Shown: positions 9,174 through 17,476 of the stretch, one piece after another
Layout: each line of letters starts with the position of its first letter
How positions within the stretch are numbered: position 1 is the stretch's first letter
DNA from: an uncultured Bacillota bacterium
Lineage (GTDB): Bacteria > Sysuimicrobiota > Sysuimicrobiia > Sysuimicrobiales > Segetimicrobiaceae
Length of the DNA stretch: 64,000 bases
Direction of reading: 5' to 3'
Assembly (NCBI GenBank): GCA_963804645.1
Contig: CAWDRG010000005.1
Location: 256,001-320,000 of the forward strand
Translations under genes and position numbers: made by a program
Notes under the pieces: generated by a model
Seen by the model: the letters and a program-made list of their open reading frames with translations, nothing else
Database searches by the model: none
Told to the model about the DNA's origin: nothing

Positions 9174-10505
9174 ATGAATGCCACACTCACGCGACGCGAC
9201 GTGCTGGCCGCCGCGGCCCTCGCCCTGGCCGGCCTGGCGTCTGGGGACGCGGCATCGGCGGCGGTTCCGAAGGTCGGCCCGATCAACATCTTGATCAACG
9301 ACTCGCCCTGGTACCACGGCTTTGAGCAGCTGGTACAGCTGTACCAGCAAACAACGGGCAATCAAGTCAAACTCACCGTCACGCCGTTCACCGGCATGCT
9401 CGAGCAAACGCGCAACACGGTCACCGGCCCCGAAAGCACCTTCGACATCGTGAATTTGAACGAAGCGTGGTACGCGACGTTCTACGCGGGCGGGTTTGTG
9501 TCCCCGATCAAGTCGATCGATCCCAGTTTCCAGCTGGATCCCAATATTATCGAGTACGTCTACTCGACCCGGTGGAACTTTCAGAAGAAGTACTCGACCC
9601 CGGACGGCGCCCTGCTCGGCCTCCCGATCAACGGGAACATCCAGGCGCTCTATTACCGCGCGGACCTCTTCCAGCAGGCGGGGCTCAAACCGCCGGAGAC
9701 CTGGACTGACGTCGCCGCGGCGGCGAAGCGGTTCCACAATCCGCCGAACATGTACGGGTTTGCCCAGCGCGGCCAGCGGGCGGGATGGTCGTGCGGGTTT
9801 GACTGGTTTGCGTTCCTCCGCGCCCATAAGAGCGACTGGGTCGCCAATCCGCCGGCCGACTGGGCCGTGACGATCGACAGCGCCGCGGCCAAGGCGTCCC
9901 TCGCGGAATGCGACGACCTGCTCAAATCCTATGGACCGCCGAATCTCGCGGGACTCGGCAACGCCGAACTGACCCAACTGTTGGCGAGCGGCAAGTTGGC
10001 GATGGCGAACGCGGTGATCGCGACCTTCCCGTTGCTCGACGACCCTCAGAGTTCGGCCGTCGTCAACAAGGTCAACGTCACGGTGATGCCGAGGGCGGCG
10101 AACGGGGTGCACGCGACGACGTCTGGCATCTGGGTCATGTCGATTCCTCACAACCTCCCGGACGCGCGGAAGAAGGCGGCGCTGACCTTCTTACAGTGGG
10201 CGCTCACGAAAGACGCACAGATCCAGTACACGAAATTCGGGGCCATCCCGGTGCGCCAGGACGTGTACAAGTCCGATCTTGCCAACCAGCCCCAATTCCG
10301 CTGGATGAAGGCCATGGCCGCGAGCACCTCGTACATCCACGAAAACGTCCGCATTCCGGAAGGCCCGCAGATTACGGACAGCATCGAGCTGCACGTGAAT
10401 CAGCTGTACGCGGGCCAGATGTCCGTCGACCAAGCGGCCGACGCGATGGCCCAAGACATCTACGGCATCTTGCAAAAGGGAGGGTACCCGACGAAGCGCG
10501 GCTGA
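9174..10505 (+). CDS. Sugar ABC transporter substrate-binding protein with Tat signal
   Basis: AGGAGG RBS; LTRRDVL Tat motif; LYYRADLF...PPETW pattern of family 1 SBPs. Confidence 0.9.
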   Translation: MNATLTRRDVLAAAALALAGLASGDAASAAVPKVGPINILINDSPWYHGFEQLVQLYQQTTGNQVKLTVTPFTGMLEQTRNTVTGPESTFDIVNLNEAWYATFYAGGFVSPIKSIDPSFQLDPNIIEYVYSTRWNFQKKYSTPDGALLGLPINGNIQALYYRADLFQQAGLKPPETWTDVAAAAKRFHNPPNMYGFAQRGQRAGWSCGFDWFAFLRAHKSDWVANPPADWAVTIDSAAAKASLAECDDLLKSYGPPNLAGLGNAELTQLLASGKLAMANAVIATFPLLDDPQSSAVVNKVNVTVMPRAANGVHATTSGIWVMSIPHNLPDARKKAALTFLQWALTKDAQIQYTKFGAIPVRQDVYKSDLANQPQFRWMKAMAASTSYIHENVRIPEGPQITDSIELHVNQLYAGQMSVDQAADAMAQDIYGILQKGGYPTKRG

Positions 10506-10535
10506 GCGCGGCCGTCGGCGGCCAACCCGCGCGCG

Positions 10536-11303
10536 TTATCGTTCGGCGCCGCCGACCCAGCGTACCGCGCCGGTCCAAAAGCGGGCATACTGGTTCCACC
10601 TCGTGAAGTATTCGCCCCAATGCGGACACGGGTCCGAGCTGAACGCGAGCACGCGGGCCCGGCCGAAGGTGCCGACCGCCAGGAGCGGGTACTCCTCGAT
10701 CGTGGCCAACAACACTGCCCCGGGCTTGAGCTTAGACTTGTTGTAGCCGAAGAAGACCGGACAGTCCTCCCAAGGAATATCCCGCGTGACCGGATGGTCC
10801 GCCTTCAGAATACGAGGGCGTACGCCTTCCGGCGTATCCTCACGATCGTCCACGACGTTCAGTACCTCGAGCGGCAGCGCCTCGGCGAGCGCCGTCCCGT
10901 ACCAGTGCGCCGCCCCGTTGCGGCCCTGAAAGCTGACGTACCCGCCCGCATAAATCAGCCCGCCTCCCTCGCGGACAAACCGCGTCAGTTCGCGCATGCG
11001 GTTCGGCCGAGGGCGGAGCGGCTGCCCCTCCTCCAGCGGATAGGTCGTAAAGGTGTCGGCCCCAATGTCGCTGAGGATGACCACGTCGTAGTCGGCGCGG
11101 AGCGCCTCCGCCGTTTCGGGAAACTGCATGAAGGTCAGGTACGGCGGCAGGTGCGTGACCCTGATGTCGGGATCGGACGCGAGCGCGTTTCGCAGATGGC
11201 GGGCCGCATCTTTCACGCGGCTGACGTACTGGGTCACCTCGGCACCCTTCACCTCGGTCTCGAGCCGAATCGAGCCGTCTCCCACGTACAACACGCGAAT
11301 CAT
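10536..11303 (-). CDS. Class I glutamine amidotransferase-like protein (DUF1355/GATase1-like)
   Basis: YDVVILSDIGADT, GGGLIYAGGYVSFQG, SDPCPHW motifs; GGAGG RBS before MIRVLYVG. Confidence 0.75.
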   Translation of the reverse strand: MIRVLYVGDGSIRLETEVKGAEVTQYVSRVKDAARHLRNALASDPDIRVTHLPPYLTFMQFPETAEALRADYDVVILSDIGADTFTTYPLEEGQPLRPRPNRMRELTRFVREGGGLIYAGGYVSFQGRNGAAHWYGTALAEALPLEVLNVVDDREDTPEGVRPRILKADHPVTRDIPWEDCPVFFGYNKSKLKPGAVLLATIEEYPLLAVGTFGRARVLAFSSDPCPHWGEYFTRWNQYARFWTGAVRWVGGAER

Positions 11304-11382
11304 ATGCACAACCTCCGGTCGGAGTATCCTGCCACGCGCGGCCCCGCCGCATGCCCGATCGGCCCCGCGCGCCGCCAGGCGG

Positions 11383-12687
11383 TCACGACAGGGGCCGCGC
11401 GGGCCCGCGGGGCGACACTTGATCCGGATCGTTCGCCACCGCGCCGGCGGGGACCGGCAGACGGCCGGTGCGAAGTGGATCGTCGGTCTCCGCCATCCAC
11501 CGCTCGAGGCGCGCCCGCATCTCGAGCAGCGCGGCCGCGTAGGCCGGCGATTCGGCGACGTTGCACGCCTCCCCGGGATCAAAGACCAGGTCGTACAACT
11601 GCTCCGCGGTGACCGGACGATCCCGCCACCCAGACGCGAGCCACAGGTCTTTTCCGGGGCTGTCGTCCGTGTTCGCGAGCACCGGTGTCGCACGGCCGTC
11701 AAAGCGCCGGATGTACTTGTACCGGCGCGTGCGCACGGCACGCTGCGGTTCGTACGCCGCGTGGTAGTTGATTTCAGCCACGACCTGATCGCGGACCTCG
11801 TCCGCATCCCCGCGCACCAGAGGCAGCAGCGACGTCCCCTGCACCCAGCCGGGGGCGGAAATCCCGAGCAACTCGCAGAGCGTCGGAAACAAGTCGATAT
11901 GAGACACCAGCGCGTCGCAGACCCGTCCGCCGGTGAAGCCCCCGGGACCCCGCAGCACCAGCGTCACGCCGATGCCGTGGTCCGTCAACGTACACTTCAT
12001 CCCGGGAAACGGCGGCCCGTGGTCGGTCGTAAAGATGACCAGCGTCTCTCCCGCTCCTCCTCGGCCGTCGATCGCGCGCAGGACCTCCCCGACTCCCTCG
12101 TCGAGCGCCCGGAGGCTGGCGTTGAACGCGGCGACATCGCACCGGATGGCCGGCGTGTCGGGCAGCGTTGGCGGAGGCAGACAATAGCGCGGGTCCGCGG
12201 CGGCTCCGGGCGGCGGAAATTCACGGTGGGTCTCCCAGAACCCCACGGACAAGAAAAACGGCCGGTCAGGCGGCTGCGTAAGAAATGCCGCGGCGGCCGA
12301 CGCCACGTCTCGCGCGCACCGGCTCGCTGCGGCGAGGGTCGCATCGTATCCGACGCGGACCGTCCGGCGCGCGATGTGCTGCACCCCGACGGCGGCGCTG
12401 TAGTATCCGGCCGTACGCAACGTATGCACCAGGTGACGGCCGTAGTCGTACAGAGCGAATCCGCGATGCGCCAATCCGAGCATGCCGTTCGTATGCGGAT
12501 ACTGCCCGGTCAGCAGTGCGGCGCGGCTCGGCGAACACGTCGGCGCGGCGCTGTATGCCTGCCGGCAGAGCATTCCGTCTTCCGCGAGCGCCTGGATGTT
12601 CGGGGTCGGGACGTCATGGCCAAATGGACGCACGTAGCGCCCGGTGTCGTGGGAATGCAGGTACACGATGTTTGGCGGTCGCGTCAT
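11383..12687 (-). CDS. Sulfatase (Cys-type, formylglycine-dependent)
   Basis: PNIVYL start; CSPSRAALLTG (CxPxR) motif; TTDHG; EQLYDL. Confidence 0.93.
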   Translation of the reverse strand: MTRPPNIVYLHSHDTGRYVRPFGHDVPTPNIQALAEDGMLCRQAYSAAPTCSPSRAALLTGQYPHTNGMLGLAHRGFALYDYGRHLVHTLRTAGYYSAAVGVQHIARRTVRVGYDATLAAASRCARDVASAAAAFLTQPPDRPFFLSVGFWETHREFPPPGAAADPRYCLPPPTLPDTPAIRCDVAAFNASLRALDEGVGEVLRAIDGRGGAGETLVIFTTDHGPPFPGMKCTLTDHGIGVTLVLRGPGGFTGGRVCDALVSHIDLFPTLCELLGISAPGWVQGTSLLPLVRGDADEVRDQVVAEINYHAAYEPQRAVRTRRYKYIRRFDGRATPVLANTDDSPGKDLWLASGWRDRPVTAEQLYDLVFDPGEACNVAESPAYAAALLEMRARLERWMAETDDPLRTGRLPVPAGAVANDPDQVSPRGPARPLS

Positions 12688-13745
12688 CTGATAATCTCCT
12701 CCGCGTGTGTCTCAGCGGCACGGTAGATCGCCTCGGCGATCACCACCGCCGCCAACCCGTCGTGGGCAGACCGATCAGGCGGTGCCTCGCCCCTCACCAT
12801 CGCCAGCCAATGGCGATGCTGCCGCAGCCCGACGTCTTCGGGAACAATCTCCGGCGCGACCCACCCGCTGTCACGGTGCACCGCCAGCGGCCCGCGCTCG
12901 GTACGCAGCCACGCCGTTCCGCGTGTCCCGTAGATCTCCAGGCGGAACCGATCGGTGCCGGCGCGTTCGGCATAGCACATCTCATGGACGCCTCGCAGCC
13001 CGCTGTCAAACGTATAGAGCGCGAGCGCCACGTCTTCGAGTTCGGGCACCACCACCCGACCCTCCCGGATGGTGCGTTCGTGCACGGTCCTCGCGGTTGT
13101 CGCCTGGACCGCCCGAATCTCGCCAAAGAGGTACCGCAGCAGATCGATCCCGTGGCTGCCGAGCTGCATCACGACCCCGCCTGCCGCCTGGTCCTTGCGG
13201 TAGAACCATGCCGCCCAATCCGCCCCGGGGGTCGCGTTGCGCTGAGACACCATGGCCAGCGACCCCAGCGCCTCTTCCGCAAGCAGCCGGCGGATCGTCT
13301 CGATCTCGGGGAAGTATCTGTGCATGAAACTGACGCACAGCAACACCCCGGCGTGCTCCGCAGCGGCCATGATCTCGAGACATTCCGCGCGGTTGCGCGC
13401 CATCGGTTTCTGCAGCAAAATGGCCTTCCCGGCGCGCGCCGCGTCCACGGCCATGGGCGCGTGGGTGAAATCCGGCGTGGCGATCACCACGGCATCAATA
13501 TCGCGCCGGTCCAGAATATCCTGGTACCGGGTTGTCGCCATGGGAACGCCATGCCTCCGGGCCTCGGCCTGCACCCTCTCGCCGTCGCGGCTAAACAACG
13601 CGACGACCGCGGCGCCCGCGTCCTGCAGCCCTCGGATGTGGTACGCGCTGATGGAGCCCGCGCCCAAGACGCCCACCCGAACGCGCATGAGGCCGGCCGC
13701 GCGCGTACGCCGCACAGAGACCGGCAGCGCGTCCCGACCGCTCAC
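12684..13745 (-). CDS. Gfo/Idh/MocA family oxidoreductase
   Basis: GVLGAGSI Rossmann motif; DAVVIATPDFTH; LLQKPM; GSHGID. Confidence 0.9.
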   Translation of the reverse strand: MSGRDALPVSVRRTRAAGLMRVRVGVLGAGSISAYHIRGLQDAGAAVVALFSRDGERVQAEARRHGVPMATTRYQDILDRRDIDAVVIATPDFTHAPMAVDAARAGKAILLQKPMARNRAECLEIMAAAEHAGVLLCVSFMHRYFPEIETIRRLLAEEALGSLAMVSQRNATPGADWAAWFYRKDQAAGGVVMQLGSHGIDLLRYLFGEIRAVQATTARTVHERTIREGRVVVPELEDVALALYTFDSGLRGVHEMCYAERAGTDRFRLEIYGTRGTAWLRTERGPLAVHRDSGWVAPEIVPEDVGLRQHRHWLAMVRGEAPPDRSAHDGLAAVVIAEAIYRAAETHAEEIIR

Positions 13746-14572
13746 TTGAGGGCGCCCAGGGTCAGCCCCCGCACGATCTGCCGCTGCGCCAGAACGACGA
13801 CGATGATCGCCGGGATCGTGGCAAAAAATGCGGCCGCGCTCATGTCGCCGTAGCGGATGACGTACTGCTGCGCGTACTTGGCGATGCCGACCGGAATCGT
13901 CACGGCGTTCGTGGCCGTCAGGTTCAGGGCGAAGAGAAACTCGTTCCAGCTAAACACAAAACTCAGAATCGCGACGGCCGCGAGTCCCGGAGCGATCAGC
14001 GGGGCAACGATCTGGACAAACGTCCGGACGTTCGAGGCCCCGTCGATGTGGGCCGCCTCCTCTAGCTCCGTCGGCAGGTCGCCCACGAAGCTCTGCACGA
14101 TCCAGACGGCCATCGGCAGGTTGAGCACCAGGTAGGATAGGATGAGCGCGAGCCGGGTGTCGTACAGTCCGAGCGCACGGAACAAGAGGTAGTAGGGGCC
14201 AACGATCGTGACACCGGGCACCATGTGGAAGATTAACACCCACCCGGCGACGATCGCGGCCGTGTGTCGCGGCCAACGAAACCGCTCCAGGCTGTAGCCC
14301 GCAAGCGCCGCCACCACCACCACCAACGCCGTGGCGACGCTCGCCACCACGAGGCTATTGACCGTGTTCACGATGAAATTGGACTGCAGACTAAAAAATA
14401 GGTGGGTGTAATTGTCCAGCGTCGGCCGGAACACCCACGCCCCGGTGAGGATATCGATCTGGTACTTGATCGACGTGAGGAACGTCAGGACGAAGGGGAT
14501 CAACGTAACAAGCACGCCGAGGGCGAGGACCGGCAGTGCGAGCGCCGGCGAGCGCCGGCCGAAGATCCTCAC
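13742..14572 (-). CDS. Carbohydrate ABC transporter permease (MalG-like)
   Basis: ELEEAAHIDGAS; FSWNEFLFAL; RGLTLGALK C-terminus. Confidence 0.92.
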   Translation of the reverse strand: MRIFGRRSPALALPVLALGVLVTLIPFVLTFLTSIKYQIDILTGAWVFRPTLDNYTHLFFSLQSNFIVNTVNSLVVASVATALVVVVAALAGYSLERFRWPRHTAAIVAGWVLIFHMVPGVTIVGPYYLLFRALGLYDTRLALILSYLVLNLPMAVWIVQSFVGDLPTELEEAAHIDGASNVRTFVQIVAPLIAPGLAAVAILSFVFSWNEFLFALNLTATNAVTIPVGIAKYAQQYVIRYGDMSAAAFFATIPAIIVVVLAQRQIVRGLTLGALK

Positions 14573-15561
14573 GCGCGCGCCTCTCGGCGGCGGGCCGCGC
14601 GTAGGTAGACCGCCACAAATACCACGGTCGTGAGGATCGTGACAACGGAGAGAAACGCGGCGTAGCCCATGCGGGACTGCGGAAAAAACACCTGATAAAT
14701 GTAGAAGCTGATCACTTCGGAAGCCGTCCCGGGGCCGCCGCCGGTCAACAGAAAGACCTCATCGAACACCTTGAAGGCAAAAATCGTCCGAAAGAGCACC
14801 GCCACGAGAATCGTCGGTCGCAGCAGCGGAAGGACGACATACCGGAGCACTTGCCATCCCGACGCCCCGTCCACGCGCGCGGCCTCGATCGGCTCGGCGG
14901 GCAACGATTCGAAGCCGGCGAGCATCAAGAGAAACACAAACGACGTCCAGTGCCAGATATCGACAACCATGATCGAAGGAAGCGCCAGGTGGGGATTCGC
15001 GGTCCAGCTCTGGGCCGGCAGGTGCAGGAATCGCAGGACGACGTTGAAAATCCCGGTTTCGTAGTTGTACATCAGACTCCAGATCGTGCCGATCGCGATG
15101 CCGGGCACCAGGATTGGAATCATCAACAGTTGCCGTGCAAGACCGGCCGCTCTCCCGACTTCACTCGCGAGCAGCGCCAAGGTGAACCCGAGCACGGTTT
15201 CCACCACGACCGTCACGACAACAAACACGATCGTGTTGCCGATCGCGGCGAAAAACACATGGTCGCGCAGCAACGTGCGGAGATTGTCGAGGCCCGACCA
15301 CGTCCAAATGACCTGCCCTTGGCCGAAGGACACCGTCGAGAAGCTCATGCCGACCAACTCGAGGAGCGGGAACACGGTGAGCGCCAGCAACACCAACAGG
15401 GCCGGCAGGAGCGCCCAGTACTGAAACGCGCGATCGAACCGCTCGCCGAGCGGTCCGCGACGTCTCGGCGCGGTCTCGCGCGCCCCCGTGCTCCCAAACG
15501 CACAGCCTTTCACGCCACTCTCCGTGCGCGTCGATTCGCACATCCGGTCGACGCGACTCAC
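14569..15561 (-). CDS. Carbohydrate ABC transporter permease (MalF-like); start uncertain
   Basis: EAARVDGAS; LTGGGPGTASE; TM segments. Confidence 0.9.
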   Translation of the reverse strand: MSRVDRMCESTRTESGVKGCAFGSTGARETAPRRRGPLGERFDRAFQYWALLPALLVLLALTVFPLLELVGMSFSTVSFGQGQVIWTWSGLDNLRTLLRDHVFFAAIGNTIVFVVVTVVVETVLGFTLALLASEVGRAAGLARQLLMIPILVPGIAIGTIWSLMYNYETGIFNVVLRFLHLPAQSWTANPHLALPSIMVVDIWHWTSFVFLLMLAGFESLPAEPIEAARVDGASGWQVLRYVVLPLLRPTILVAVLFRTIFAFKVFDEVFLLTGGGPGTASEVISFYIYQVFFPQSRMGYAAFLSVVTILTTVVFVAVYLRAARRREARA

Positions 15562-15721
15562 CGCGGTCTGGAGCCGTCGGCGTCAAGGATCTCCGGGAAA
15601 CGGCCCCTCGCGCAGAGAAGCCGGTCGCTCGATATTCGCGACCATGCTACCCCGTCCTCCCGCGCGCCTACGGAGGATGAGTGGAGGAACCGTTTTGCGC
15701 GTCCCCGAACCCGAGTGCCGC

Positions 15722-16714
15722 ATGGGATATTTCCTCGGGGTCGACGGCGGTGCCTCCAGCACAAGCTGCGCGGTGTGCGACGATGACGGCGCAGTCCTCG
15801 GCATCGGCCGCGGGTACGCCAGCAACCACATCCTCGCGCCCGGCGGACGAGAGCGCGCGCGCGCCGCGGTCGGCGGGGCCATCCAGGCGGCACTGCGGGC
15901 AGCCGGGCTCGGGACGATCGAGTACCGTGCGGTCCAGTTCGGCATGACCGGAATCGTGGCAGGCAGCGAGCGTGCGGATGCGTTCGCGGAGGTCGCTGCG
16001 GATCTGCTCAAGGCCGAGACGGTGCTCATCCATGAGGATTCCTGGATTGCGCTCGCCGGCGCCCTGGCCTGCGGGTCCGGTGTCATGGTCATCGCCGGGA
16101 CCGGGTCGATCGCCGTGGGCCTGGATCCCGACGGCCGCGTCGCCCGCGCCGGGGGCTGGGGCTACCTCTTCGGAGACGACGGCAGCGCGTTCGCGTTGGG
16201 CCGCGGCGGCGTGCACGCCGCGCTCCACGCCCGCGACGGCACCGGGCCGGACACGAACCTGGTCGAGCACATCCCTGCGGTGGTCGGCATGGACCTGGCC
16301 GCGATCACGTGGGAGTATTACCAAGGACGTCTCGACCGCGCCGTGATCGCTCGGCTGGCCGCCGTGGTCACGGAGTCGGCCGCCGCGGGCGATCCCGTCG
16401 CCCGGCGCCTCGTCGCGGAGGCCGCCACGGCGCTGGCGAACCTTGCGGCGGCGGTGACCCACCGCCTTCACTGGCCTGATGGCGCCACCGCGGTCGCACC
16501 GGTGGGTGGGGTGTTCGACGCCGGCGCGACCATCCTGCATCCGCTGCGCGAGGCGCTCGCCTCCCGCGCCCCCGGGGCGGTTCTCGTGCCCCCGCGGTAC
16601 GACCCGGCCGCGGGCGCTCTGCTGCTGGCGCTGCGCGCGGCGGGTGTGCCGCACACCCCCGAGCGGCTCGCACTGCTCGCCGCGACGTGGGAACTGCGGT
16701 CGACCGCGCCGTGA
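15722..16714 (+). CDS. BadF/BadG/BcrA/BcrD-type sugar kinase (N-acetylglucosamine/N-acetylmuramic acid kinase-like)
   Basis: LGVDGGAS, IAGTGSIA, RAGGWGYLFGDDGSAF motifs. Confidence 0.88.
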   Translation: MGYFLGVDGGASSTSCAVCDDDGAVLGIGRGYASNHILAPGGRERARAAVGGAIQAALRAAGLGTIEYRAVQFGMTGIVAGSERADAFAEVAADLLKAETVLIHEDSWIALAGALACGSGVMVIAGTGSIAVGLDPDGRVARAGGWGYLFGDDGSAFALGRGGVHAALHARDGTGPDTNLVEHIPAVVGMDLAAITWEYYQGRLDRAVIARLAAVVTESAAAGDPVARRLVAEAATALANLAAAVTHRLHWPDGATAVAPVGGVFDAGATILHPLREALASRAPGAVLVPPRYDPAAGALLLALRAAGVPHTPERLALLAATWELRSTAP

Positions 16715-17409
16715 GCTCCGGGTGGGAGCACCGGCTGCGGGGCGGCCTGATCGTGTCGTGCCAGGCGCTGCCGGACAGTCCCCTGCGTGATCCGGACATG
16801 ATCGCCGCGCTCGCACGATGTGCCGAGCGCGGCGGTGCCGTGGGCGTCCGCATCGACGGCCCGGCGGACATCGCCGCGGTCCGCCGCGTGGTCACCCTGC
16901 CGATCATCGGACTCTACAAGGTCGCCCGCGATCGACCGGTGTACATTACGCCGACGTTCGCGGAGGCGCACGCCATCGCGCACGCCGGAGCGGACCTCAT
17001 CGCGCTGCAGGCGACGCGAGAGCGCGGCACGGACCGGACCGCCGACCCGCTGGCCGCCCTCATCGCCCGCATTCACGCGGAATGCGGGATCCCGGTGATG
17101 GCGGATGTCTCGAGCCTGGACGAGGGGCTCGGGGCTGCCGCGAGCGGGGCCGATGTCGTCGCCACTACGATGGCGGGCTACACTCCGCACAGCCGGCAGA
17201 TGAGCGGACCCGATCTCGAGCTGATTCGCGAACTCGCCCAGGCCCTCGCCGTTCCGATCGTGGCCGAAGGACGGATCTCAACGCCGGAGGAGGCCGCGGC
17301 GGCGCGCCGCGCCGGCGCGTTTGCGGTGGTCGTCGGCCGCGCGATCACGATGCCTGAGGCCATTACGGCCAGGTTTGTCTCGGCCGTCGGCAGCGCTGCG
17401 GGTACCTAA
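16711..17409 (+). CDS. nanE: N-acetylmannosamine-6-phosphate 2-epimerase
   Basis: GLIVSCQA, PIIGLYK, VYITPT, TTMAGYT, AEGRI, VVVGRAIT motifs; GTGA overlap with the kinase stop. Confidence 0.92.
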   Translation: MSSGWEHRLRGGLIVSCQALPDSPLRDPDMIAALARCAERGGAVGVRIDGPADIAAVRRVVTLPIIGLYKVARDRPVYITPTFAEAHAIAHAGADLIALQATRERGTDRTADPLAALIARIHAECGIPVMADVSSLDEGLGAAASGADVVATTMAGYTPHSRQMSGPDLELIRELAQALAVPIVAEGRISTPEEAAAARRAGAFAVVVGRAITMPEAITARFVSAVGSAAGT

Positions 17410-17476
17410 CCAGGACGGGCACAGGGCCGGTGGAAGCCCCTGTGCCCGCGGTCCCCTCGCCGTCCGTGCGTGCGCT

